Under the pieces are notes generated by a model that was not told the DNA's origin, did not search any database, and saw only the letters and a program-made list of their open reading frames with translations. This document shows positions 1 through 8,367 of a stretch of DNA of 64,000 bases, in pieces (position 1 is the stretch's first letter; every line of letters starts with the position of its first letter). The translations under genes were made by a program, and so were the position numbers. This stretch comes from an uncultured Planctomycetia bacterium (GTDB lineage: Bacteria > Planctomycetota > Planctomycetia > Pirellulales > PALSA-1355): contig CAWECK010000005.1 in NCBI GenBank assembly GCA_963807715.1, forward strand, positions 251,194 through 315,193, given 5' to 3'.

Positions 1-491
1 TAGGTCTTGCCATCGCCATCGACTGCCTTGTGAAGCGTATGAAGCCCCCGAACAATTCCTTTCGCAATGGACTCCATCTTCTTGTCGTTCTTTTCCACAT
101 ATTTTGCGGATTCCTTCAACGAATCATCGCCCGCTCCCTCATTGCCTTCCAGGAGTGTCACCGTTTCCCCGTCGTTGGATTGGTAGACACTGACATCTTC
201 CTTGAGCCATTTCACAAACTCAGTAGAACAGGCGAGAGTCGCCTTGTCCCGTGCCAATTCAAGACCCTTCGCCTTTCCCAAAGCCGTACTGATCCGAGCC
301 GTTCCGACCACTAGGCATGACTTAATGCGGCCCTTCTTGTCCTTTTGAATGCTTTGGACGCCAGGACCAAGAGAGGCGATCTTTGCCATCTGCTCCTCGA
401 CCGAAGGGCCTTCATCATCGTCCTTGGCGTTCGAGTAAGTGCCTCCGTAAAGAAGCGTGACGATAACGAGGGAGGCAATCCAACGATTCAT
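1..491 (-). CDS. Secreted hypothetical protein (runs off window start)
   Basis: ATG at 491 with GGAGAG RBS; read manually as MNRWIASLVIVTLLYGGTYSNAKDDDEGPSVEEQMAKIASLGPGV..., signal-peptide-like N-terminus, no stop before position 1; absent from ORF track because it is partial. Confidence 0.75.
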   Translation of the reverse strand, partial: MNRWIASLVIVTLLYGGTYSNAKDDDEGPSVEEQMAKIASLGPGVQSIQKDKKGRIKSCLVVGTARISTALGKAKGLELARDKATLACSTEFVKWLKEDVSVYQSNDGETVTLLEGNEGAGDDSLKESAKYVEKNDKKMESIAKGIVRGLHTLHKAVDGDGKT

Positions 492-531
492 GGGACTCTC
501 CTAAAACAACGGGGTTAAGGAAGCTATACGG

Positions 532-987
532 CTACTCATCAAACGTGATTTCAACTTTGGCGCCCTTGATAGACTTAAGCTCGTCGTGGCTCAGGGTAAT
601 GGTGCGTGGGATGGTCAGGTACGGTCTGTGGTCTTCAGAGCCGGTATGTTGAAAATCAAATACCGGCGATATTCGTAGTTGTAACGGTTCATCTCTCTCG
701 ATATCTATGAGAGCAGTTGGTTTGGTTGGTAATGGATTGGCTGGCTTTGATAGTGGATCAAAACGGTCGGTTGCAACAATATCACCATCCCCATCGACTA
801 GCTGAAGCTTGCAGTGACCCATTCTTGATGCAACAGCCAAAAGCAATGGTTTAAGCGACAAATCCAGGGTGTAATACTTGTAGTCGAGTCGATCAGCAGC
901 CTTTGAGCGAGTTGTCGCTATTGCAAGTGATAATGCTTGTGCTGCCTTATACACATTACGGTCTCGTTCTACCGTCCCCTGTGGCAC
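532..987 (-). CDS. Hypothetical protein, probably the frameshifted C-terminal part of the 969-2840 gene
   Basis: 151-aa ORF overlapping the end of the upstream gene by 19 nt, no clear own RBS. Confidence 0.5.
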   Translation of the reverse strand: MPQGTVERDRNVYKAAQALSLAIATTRSKAADRLDYKYYTLDLSLKPLLLAVASRMGHCKLQLVDGDGDIVATDRFDPLSKPANPLPTKPTALIDIERDEPLQLRISPVFDFQHTGSEDHRPYLTIPRTITLSHDELKSIKGAKVEITFDE

Positions 988-2840
988 TCGCCACTCAGTG
1001 CTCTTGTCGAGAGCCTTAAAATGCCCGTGTTGTCGTTTCTGAAGATTAACGGTTTGAACGTCGAAGTGAACTCACCCTTGTCTTTGGCTATTTTTTCAAG
1101 GAGCGGAATCACCTGCCTCGTAAATGCCTTGTAAGCTATCAAGTCGGGCTCAATCTTGACCGTAAGTTTGACAGTCGCAGTTGCGGCATCCTGTCCGGCA
1201 TTTTCAGGCTTATCAATGATCGAAGCGGTTATGCAGGACTGCGGAAATCCTTCAAACTGCTTCTTGAGTATCGATGCCGCATCTTTCTCGGCGTCCAATT
1301 GAGTTACTACCTCGGCAAAAAGATCCTTGCCATCGACTTGTTTTAGGCTTACATTCGCCGCTTTCAGCTTGGCAATGACACCACGCCGTTCCACGCTGGC
1401 TTTGATTTTTATTCGATGCAGTCCTCCCGCAACCTTTTTCGAGCCAGGGACTTCTACGTAGGTCTTGATGAAGCCACCGCTGTAGGTCAGTACCTTGTCG
1501 TCGATGATCTCGTCGTTCTTGAGGAGCGTCTCGGCATCTACGACTGCCCCTACCACCTGCCGAACAGCGTTGCGGTATGCGTCTTTGAGAGCTTCGTCGG
1601 AAGTGGCACCAACACCTTCCGCAAGAACCTGCGCACTTGAGTCGGAAACGGGCTTGTCGTCTGGTGAACTGCCAGCATCAAATTTGGCGACATCCGTAGC
1701 TGCTTTGGGAGCAAGCTGCTCTTGCGCTAGCGATGATTGAGCCTTGGGCGATGTCTTTGGCCCTTGCTCTGATGGTGCGTCTGCATCTGGTGCGAGCGAG
1801 GGACTGCCTTTTTTGGAATTAGTTTGCGGCAGGTCGGATTGTGACTCGGGTGGTAAATCTGATCGGTTGTTAGGCGATCCTGTGGTGGTCACGGTCGGGC
1901 CATTCGATTCTTGAACTGTTTGCGGATTAGTTGCGGCTGCATTTGCCGAGGCAGATGTGTGAGGCTTTTGTTCTGATGGTGCGTCTGCATCTGGTGTGGA
2001 GGATGCACTAGCTTTTGTAGAAGCAGGGTGCGGTGAGTCGGACGGTGACGTGGGTGGTGAATTTGATTGGTTGTCAGCCGATCTTGTGGTGGTTACGGCC
2101 GGGCCATTCGATTCTTGAACTGTTTGCGGATTAGTTGCGGCTGCACTTGCCGAAACAGACGAGTCTAACTGTGCCAGGACATTGCCCGGTATTCGCTCTT
2201 GGGCGTTACGCAAGTCAGGAAGTAATGTCGCTATAATCCCCCGAGGGGGCGAGAAAAACTCAACCCCCAAGAGAACAGCCAATGGCGTAAGCATTGCGAA
2301 GCAGCCATATGACATTTGGGCCATCCGGCTTCGTGCATTTGTCGGAAGGTTACGCTCGCCACCAAGGTAAAACGCCAGCACCCGCTGAATCAAATAGAGA
2401 ATTCCTGCTAAGGCAGATGCGACACCCGTTCCCACCACAAAGATCACGAGTCCACGAAATCCCACAAACGGCTTGGCAAAGCTAAGCACGGGGGCTAAAA
2501 GAATTGCGAGGATTGCCCACCAGACCCAAAGGCCACGGGCAGAAGCGAAATGCCCCGTCAGGTACTTGTAAAAGGTAATAGGAATATGTCGTTGGCGTGG
2601 AGACGTGGCTGGGACAGTCTTCGTTTGAGCCCCACGGGTAGGCTCCGAAATGACAGATGGCTTCGCAGATGGCTCCATCAGGCCCTTCAACTTCGAGGCA
2701 GGTTGCGGCTTCGCCATTCCCTCCTTCCAAACGAGAGTGTCAGGCAGGATTTCTCCTTTAGCGGCTAGGTCTTTGAGTTGCTGAGGGCTGACAGGCCCAA
2801 TGCGCTGCTCGTTTGTGAAGTAGTAGTAATCAGCGGCCAT
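969..2840 (-). CDS. GYF_2 (DUF4339) domain membrane protein with low-complexity linker and LPP20/FlgT-N-like domain
   Basis: N-term YYYF..QRIGPVSPQQLKDLAAKGEILPDTLVWKEGM (GYF_2), 3 TM helices, duplicated S/P/T linker, C-term VLAEGVGATSDEALKDAYRNAVRQVVGAVV. Confidence 0.75.
   Translation of the reverse strand: MAADYYYFTNEQRIGPVSPQQLKDLAAKGEILPDTLVWKEGMAKPQPASKLKGLMEPSAKPSVISEPTRGAQTKTVPATSPRQRHIPITFYKYLTGHFASARGLWVWWAILAILLAPVLSFAKPFVGFRGLVIFVVGTGVASALAGILYLIQRVLAFYLGGERNLPTNARSRMAQMSYGCFAMLTPLAVLLGVEFFSPPRGIIATLLPDLRNAQERIPGNVLAQLDSSVSASAAATNPQTVQESNGPAVTTTRSADNQSNSPPTSPSDSPHPASTKASASSTPDADAPSEQKPHTSASANAAATNPQTVQESNGPTVTTTGSPNNRSDLPPESQSDLPQTNSKKGSPSLAPDADAPSEQGPKTSPKAQSSLAQEQLAPKAATDVAKFDAGSSPDDKPVSDSSAQVLAEGVGATSDEALKDAYRNAVRQVVGAVVDAETLLKNDEIIDDKVLTYSGGFIKTYVEVPGSKKVAGGLHRIKIKASVERRGVIAKLKAANVSLKQVDGKDLFAEVVTQLDAEKDAASILKKQFEGFPQSCITASIIDKPENAGQDAATATVKLTVKIEPDLIAYKAFTRQVIPLLEKIAKDKGEFTSTFKPLIFRNDNTGILRLSTRALSGECHRGR
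1750..2160. repeat. Intragenic tandem duplication (~204 bp unit) in the Ser/Pro/Thr linker
   Basis: AAATNPQTVQESNGP..TT and PDADAPSEQ each occur twice; TGCGGATTAGTTGCGGCTGCA at ~1921 and ~2125. Confidence 0.8.
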
Positions 2841-3065
2841 ACAGACTCGTCCTTTCACCGTCAGACCTGTCTCGATCACGTCTGTTCATTTCGCCGCATT
2901 TTGTGGCAACCACGATTCAGCCACGTCCTTCCAGCAATGAGACCGCATTGCCAGGGGAGGCCAAGATAAGTTGGGCAGAACTGCGGAGTGGCAAAGAGAG
3001 GCACACCCAGAATTGCGACAGGCGCAAGAAAACGGGAGCGCACACCAACGCCGCTCCGCAAGCGC

Positions 3066-3153
3066 CCGCCAAGGCGCAGAGTTGAACAGCTCTTGGCGGC
3101 GCTCCCTTACGGGAGCGGCCAAGCGCTGCTTCAACTCTTCAAGAGCCTTGCGG
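3066..3153. repeat. Long imperfect inverted repeat (hairpin) in intergenic region
   Basis: AGAGTTGAA-CAGC-TCTTGGC-GGCGCTCCC-ttac-GGGAGCG-GCCAAG-CGCTG-CTTCAACTCT, extended by CCGCCAAGGC/GCCTTGCGG. Confidence 0.7.
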
Positions 3154-3407
3154 CTCAGGTTGGCGGTTTATGCGGAAGCAGTTCTCGACGCACTTAAAGT
3201 TGCGTCAAATCAGGTTGTAACCGCAGCCTTCGTTCGGCCACGGGGTTATGTCTCAACGGTCCTTTCAAATTCGGCCTTCGTCAGATCGACCCAAAACGGG
3301 TGCCATCAGTCTACTGGCGTGAAATCGGGGTGACAAGCAGCCGTTACCCATGAGCCCAGCAAGTGGCAAAATCGCTGAACAATCAAGCACAAATGCGAAC
3401 TCGGCGC

Positions 3408-4148
3408 TCATGGAACCCTCACCTTCAGCCGGGCTTCACCAAGTGAGAACAGCCCCTTCTTGGGAATGAGCAAGGTCAACTCGGATTCGAGCGCCTTTTC
3501 TGGAAGCTCGAATCCCTGCTGCATTCGCCGTGGGAGGCCCGGCTGGAGTTGGCTGAGCAAGAAGTCCTTGTCGCCCTCGTGCAGCATCAGCGCCGTGCTG
3601 ACCTTCGAGGACGTGTCGTATTTGCGACCTTGGGCATCGATCAGCGTGAAGTCGTCGGAGAGGACCGTCTGGCTCTCATTCGTGCAGTTCTCGATGGTGT
3701 AGGTGACGATGACGAACGTGGCTCCCGCATCAGCCCTCTCTCCGACGAACTCGCCGAAGACCTCTTTCCCAATTTGCTGCCGTTTTTCGACGCTGATTAC
3801 CTTGTACTTGTAATCGCCAAGCTGGAATTCCTTCCCAAGCTCGAAGCCAGATTCATCTTTCGAGGGTGGCGAGGTTGCATGCGCCGGTGCAGCCTTTGCC
3901 TGCTGCGTGGGCACAGGGTCGATTGCCTTGGCAGCGACAGGTGCGTTGTTCGGGGCTTTCCCCTTGTCTTGGGATGCTACCAGCAAGACGAAGAAGACGA
4001 TGACGCCGGTGATGATCCATTTCGTCGTCGTCTGCCAAGCGGGGTGGTTCCAAACCAGGTACAAACCGACCGGAAAGAAGAAGACCAAGAGCAAGCCGAT
4101 AACCCAAGGGGTTTGTTTCCAGTCCGGTTGAGTTTCGTAGATATCCAT
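3408..4148 (-). CDS. DUF4352-like (Ig-like) membrane-anchored protein
   Basis: Two N-terminal TM helices (FFFPVGLYLVW), then FVIVTYTIENCTNES...DFTLIDAQGRKY...QLQPGLPRRMQQGFELP. Confidence 0.7.
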   Translation of the reverse strand: MDIYETQPDWKQTPWVIGLLLVFFFPVGLYLVWNHPAWQTTTKWIITGVIVFFVLLVASQDKGKAPNNAPVAAKAIDPVPTQQAKAAPAHATSPPSKDESGFELGKEFQLGDYKYKVISVEKRQQIGKEVFGEFVGERADAGATFVIVTYTIENCTNESQTVLSDDFTLIDAQGRKYDTSSKVSTALMLHEGDKDFLLSQLQPGLPRRMQQGFELPEKALESELTLLIPKKGLFSLGEARLKVRVP

Positions 4149-4203
4149 GTTGTTCTCCTCAAAGACGTGGATGCTGATGATGCGGTGCCGAGGGAGGTAG
4201 CGT

Positions 4204-4467
4204 TCAGCCCTGCTCCCATTTGAGGAAGACTTTTTCGGCGGAATGGTGGGCGATCAGGGCGTAAACCAGATTGCCAAACCCCATCGTCCACCAGACCGTC
4301 AGCAAGAACCACATGACATGGCCCGAACTCGATCCCCACGTTTTGCGGCGCAGCATCGTCGAGCGTTCCCCACGTTCGAGAACCTCGTAGCCTTGCGTAA
4401 TGTAGTCGTCGATCATGTTTTCCATTTCCTTTTGCGAACTCACCTTGCGAAGTCGTGGTGCGGCCAT
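4204..4467 (-). CDS. Small membrane protein, hypothetical
   Basis: ATG 4467 with AGGAG RBS; MAAPRLRKVSSQKEMENMIDDYITQGYEV...HVMWFLLTVWWTMGFGNLVYAL. Confidence 0.7.
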   Translation of the reverse strand: MAAPRLRKVSSQKEMENMIDDYITQGYEVLERGERSTMLRRKTWGSSSGHVMWFLLTVWWTMGFGNLVYALIAHHSAEKVFLKWEQG

Positions 4468-4504
4468 GATTTGGTCTCCTGTTAAAAAAGGGGGTCGTAA
4501 CTCG

Positions 4505-4708
4505 TCAGACGTTGGAAGAATCCGGTGGTGGCTGCGACGGGGAGAACAGCGTAGGTACAAACCGGGCTTCGACGGGTTCAGCCATGCCTTCTCGCCATAC
4601 GAGGTCAGTGGGGCGAAGCTCGCCGTTTGCGGCCTTTTCACGCAGTTCGTCTGCCGAAAATGGACCGTGCCTTGCGCCAACCCTTTGGAAAAACCAGTTC
4701 TTCGTCAT
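4505..4708 (-). CDS. Stand-alone GYF_2 (DUF4339) domain protein
   Basis: WFFQRVGARHGPFSADELREKAANGELRPTDLVWREGM; AAAGGAG RBS. Confidence 0.75.
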   Translation of the reverse strand: MTKNWFFQRVGARHGPFSADELREKAANGELRPTDLVWREGMAEPVEARFVPTLFSPSQPPPDSSNV

Positions 4709-4872
4709 GCCCGTCGCTCCTTTGCGTCAGAATCGAGAGCGGACAAGGCAACGGAAACAGGACAGGGAAAAATCGGAATTTCCCATGTCCTGTCGTAGCG
4801 ATGGCTTCCGCTTCTCGAAGAGAAGCCCGCACATCGGTAGAATCAGTCGAACCCCCATGTGCCGGAGCGAGT

Positions 4873-5493
4873 ATGGAACAAGACCGTTCAGAACCAGGAC
4901 AAACGACGCAACTTGCCGATTGGCTGGAACGTCACCGCAAGGGAGATGATTCCGCCAGGGTGGCGATCATTGCGCACGCCTGCGAACGGCTTCGAGTGCT
5001 GTCCAGCAAGATGCTGAGGGGGAATTACGACCGGCTTGCCCGATGGGAACAGACCGACGACGTGCTTCAGGACACGTTGTTTCGGCTGCACCGTTCTCTT
5101 TCGGACTTGCAACCAGAGTCGGTGGGACAATTCATGGGACTAGCGGCAACGCAGATTCGGAGAACGCTGATCGATCTGGCCCGGCACCATTTTGGCCCTG
5201 AAGGATCAGGCAACTTTCATCACTCCGAAGGGCATCGCACGGACTTGCCTCGTGAAATTGATCTGAAACAAGCAAACGAGGAACCCGAGTCACTCGTTGA
5301 TTGGGCCGCATTTCACGAGGCTGTCGATAATCTGCCTGCCGATGAGAAGCAGGTCTTCAGCTTGGTCTGGTACGAGGGCCTGACACACGGCGAAGCGGCT
5401 GAAGCTTTGGGCGTCACGGAACGAACGATACGTCGCCGGTGGCAATCCGCCCGAGTTCTGATGCACGAGGCTTTGGGGAAATCACCCGAATGA
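4873..5493 (+). CDS. ECF RNA polymerase sigma factor (planctomycete kinase-associated type)
   Basis: TTQLADWLERHRKGDDSAR...EQTDDVLQDTLFRL...IRRTLIDLARHH (sigma2); LPADEKQVFSLVWYEGLTHGEAAEALGVTERTIRRRWQSAR (sigma4). Confidence 0.9.
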   Translation: MEQDRSEPGQTTQLADWLERHRKGDDSARVAIIAHACERLRVLSSKMLRGNYDRLARWEQTDDVLQDTLFRLHRSLSDLQPESVGQFMGLAATQIRRTLIDLARHHFGPEGSGNFHHSEGHRTDLPREIDLKQANEEPESLVDWAAFHEAVDNLPADEKQVFSLVWYEGLTHGEAAEALGVTERTIRRRWQSARVLMHEALGKSPE

Positions 5494-7481
5494 GTTCCAC
5501 GGAAAGTCGCATTTTCGATCTCATCGAACGCTGGGAAGCGGCCCAAAAAGAAGGGCAGGCCCCCACGCCCGAAGAACTCTGTGCCCAATGTCCTGAACTC
5601 GTTTCAGACGTGGCCCGTCGAATCAAAGCCTTGCAGGCCACCGCTTGGATGGACAAGTCGGTTGTACCTGAACCAACGCAGGCTCAACCGCACCTAACGA
5701 CGGTGGGACGCTACGAACTGCTCGAACCAATCGGCAAGGGAGGATTTGCCGAAGTGTGGAAAGCCCGTGATCCAGAATTGGATCGCCTTGTGGCCATCAA
5801 AATCCCGAGAGCCTCTGTCTCTTTTCACGCCGAAAGCTTCCTGGAAGAAGCCCGCAAAGTGGCCCGGCTTCGGCATCCAGGCATTGTCTCGGTTTTCGAC
5901 GTGGGGCGAGAGAGGGACCAAGCGTTCATCGTTTCCGAGTTGCTTGCGGCTGGCAGTCTGGCGGAACGAATCAAATCGAATCGACCTTCGCACGAGGAAG
6001 CAGTTCGGCTGGTAAGTCAAATCGCTGAGGCGCTGCACTATGCCCATCAGCAGGGATTCATCCATCGAGACATCAAGCCGCAAAACATCCTGATCGACGA
6101 GAACGGCAATCCCAAGATCACGGACTTCGGCGTTGCTCTCAGCGAAACTCAGCCCGTTGTGCAGCGATCCCGCTCGGCGGGTACGTTGGCCTACATGTCG
6201 CCCGAGCAGCTTCAGAATCAGACGGACAAAATCGACGCTCGCACGGACATCTACAGTCTCGGCGTGGTGCTGTACGAGTCACTGACGACCAGGCTGCCGT
6301 TCGTGGCCAATGATCCGATGGAACTTTGGGCAGCGGTGGTCTCACAGGCTCCTCGAACGCCACGCACGATTGACCGTTCAATTCCCGTCAAGCTTGAGCG
6401 GTTGTGTCTGAAGGCGATGGCCAAGAATCCGGTTGATCGGTTCTCGACCGCCCAAGATTTCGCAGACGAACTTCGGCATTTGATGACCCAGCCGAAGCAG
6501 TCGTCATGGGCAAAGGGCGTTTTCGCCCCTGTGTTTCTGGCGCTTATGATTGGCGGTGGTGGCACCGTGTGGTGGCTTAATGGACAACGTGAGCCGAAGA
6601 ACGAGGTCAAGGAAGATGTCGCAATAGCAATCGAAGATACCGAAGAAGCCAAGAGAATGAACCAAGAATCGGTCGAGCGAGCTAAACAACAGACCGAGAC
6701 TGCCACCAGTAACACGCTGGGACGGGCCTCTGGAAAACTTGAAGAAGCCAACGCCAATCTGGCTAACTTGCGAGAGCGGATGGCCAAGCTTCCGGCACTA
6801 TCTGGCAAGACGAAGACCGAGCAGGAAGCGTCAGCGGAACTGGCGGTGCAGATGGGCTGCAAAGCGTTGGCGGAAGATGACCAAATGACCGCCCTGGCCG
6901 AGTTCAACCGTGCGATTGAATTGAATGCTCGACTCGGAGCGGGTTGGCATGGCAGGGGTGTCGTCCAGTTCAACCAAGCTCATTACCCTGAAGCTGTTGC
7001 CGATCTGAAGAAGGCAGTGAAGCTTGAACCTCGGAAGCCCGAATACTTCAAGAATCTGGCCTACGCTCTCACGAAAGCAGGGCAGCATGATGAAGCCGTG
7101 AGAAATATCGTGATCGGGCAAGCCAAGACCACCCCGGAAGAACGTGCCGAATACAAGCGGTTTGTGGCCCAGATTTACGACTCACGAGCAGCGCAGCGAA
7201 CGACGAATGGCTACCACGAAGGGGCTGTTGCCGATCTGAATGAAGCCATTCGATGGGACGACACCTATCCCGATGCTTTCGATGATCTGGGGTCCATTCG
7301 GTTCAACCTGAAGCAGTATGAACAGGCGGTCGAGGACTTCACGAAGGCCATTGCATTGGCTCCAGATCGACCTGAATTCTACGTGCATCGTGGTCATGCC
7401 TTGCGAGCTTTAAGCCGCAACGCTGAGGGGCAGTCGGATTACGAATCCGCACGACGACTGGAGCAGGCTGCGGGCAAATAG
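5490..7481 (+). CDS. Hanks-type Ser/Thr protein kinase with TM helix and C-terminal TPR repeats
   Basis: IGKGGFAEVWKA, VAIK, HRDIKPQN, DFG, GTLAYMSPEQ; ATGA overlap with the sigma factor stop; TPR motifs after TM. Confidence 0.92.
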   Translation: MSSTESRIFDLIERWEAAQKEGQAPTPEELCAQCPELVSDVARRIKALQATAWMDKSVVPEPTQAQPHLTTVGRYELLEPIGKGGFAEVWKARDPELDRLVAIKIPRASVSFHAESFLEEARKVARLRHPGIVSVFDVGRERDQAFIVSELLAAGSLAERIKSNRPSHEEAVRLVSQIAEALHYAHQQGFIHRDIKPQNILIDENGNPKITDFGVALSETQPVVQRSRSAGTLAYMSPEQLQNQTDKIDARTDIYSLGVVLYESLTTRLPFVANDPMELWAAVVSQAPRTPRTIDRSIPVKLERLCLKAMAKNPVDRFSTAQDFADELRHLMTQPKQSSWAKGVFAPVFLALMIGGGGTVWWLNGQREPKNEVKEDVAIAIEDTEEAKRMNQESVERAKQQTETATSNTLGRASGKLEEANANLANLRERMAKLPALSGKTKTEQEASAELAVQMGCKALAEDDQMTALAEFNRAIELNARLGAGWHGRGVVQFNQAHYPEAVADLKKAVKLEPRKPEYFKNLAYALTKAGQHDEAVRNIVIGQAKTTPEERAEYKRFVAQIYDSRAAQRTTNGYHEGAVADLNEAIRWDDTYPDAFDDLGSIRFNLKQYEQAVEDFTKAIALAPDRPEFYVHRGHALRALSRNAEGQSDYESARRLEQAAGK

Positions 7482-7491
7482 CCGCAACCGG

Positions 7492-7514
7492 AGTGAGTAG
7501 AGTTGTACCTGTGT
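7492..7514 (+). promoter_or_regulatory. Repeated upstream motif, copy 1 (AGTGAGTAGAGTTGTACCTGTGT)
   Basis: Near-identical copy at 12034-12056, variant at 9991-10013; copies 1 and 2 precede CCAAAGGAGAC RBS and ATG. Confidence 0.55.
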
Positions 7515-7544
7515 TGGTCGTCCCGATCCAAAGGAGACGACCTA

Positions 7545-7820
7545 ATGCCTGCTCGATTCCGTATTGGCCAAACCGTTGCAACGCCCGCTGCCCTGGCCGC
7601 ACTCACTGAAGCTGGTCAATCCCCGTCCATCTTCCTGCACCGCCATGTCTCCGGCGATTGGGGTGAGGTCGATGCCGAAGACCAGCAAGCCAATGAAGAC
7701 GCCCTTCTTCATGGCGCACGTCTGATGAGCGCCTATTGCACGAGACTCGGCACGAAGCTCTGGGTCATCACCGAAGCTGATCGGTCTTCGACGACGATCC
7801 TTTTGCCCGAGGATTATTGA
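7545..7820 (+). CDS. Conserved plasmid/ICE-associated small protein
   Basis: FRIGQTVATPAAL...FLHRHVSGDWGEV...NEDALLHGARLMSAY...LWVITEADRSSTTILLPEDY, a motif typical of mobile-element hypotheticals. Confidence 0.8.
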   Translation: MPARFRIGQTVATPAALAALTEAGQSPSIFLHRHVSGDWGEVDAEDQQANEDALLHGARLMSAYCTRLGTKLWVITEADRSSTTILLPEDY

Positions 7821-7854
7821 TTCACCGTCGTTCTTTCTTCCCGATCAAAGGCGA

Positions 7855-8349
7855 ATGAGTGCCATGAAGCAATATCAGGTCGTCAACGGAACCAGCTACC
7901 ACGTTCGCACCCCTGATGAGGTTGTGCGGGTGCTTGAGCAAGCCCGACTGAATCGCACTCGATTGCACGTCAGTTTTGGCGACACTGCTACGGGACGAGA
8001 TTGGCTCGAAGAACATGACATCAACGGCTACGTCGGAAGAAGCATGGGACCGGTGAAGGTGCCGTTACTGATTGCCAATCGTCGAAGCCTTGGTGGGGCT
8101 GCCATCCTCGACCATTGCATCGTCCGTATCCGTTCGAGTGCTGGTGGACGAGTGCGTTGGCAGCATCCCACGTATCACTTCGGCAGCTTGGGCATTCGAC
8201 CGAAAACCGATGCCGTGCCGTTGCCTGATGGTCGCCTGCTGAAGGTGGACGTGCTGCAAGATGGCGGAGTCCACGCCTCCTTTGAATCAATCGACAAAGC
8301 TCGGCGGTGGGTCCACAAACTTGGCGTCGTTGCCCCCATCACCGTTTGA
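7855..8349 (+). CDS. Conserved hypothetical protein of phage/ICE type
   Basis: GDTATGRDWLEEHDINGYVGRSMGPVKVPLLIANRRSLGGAAILDHCIVRI; operonic position. Confidence 0.75.
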   Translation: MSAMKQYQVVNGTSYHVRTPDEVVRVLEQARLNRTRLHVSFGDTATGRDWLEEHDINGYVGRSMGPVKVPLLIANRRSLGGAAILDHCIVRIRSSAGGRVRWQHPTYHFGSLGIRPKTDAVPLPDGRLLKVDVLQDGGVHASFESIDKARRWVHKLGVVAPITV

Positions 8350-8367
8350 AATGACCACGAGGTTCCC

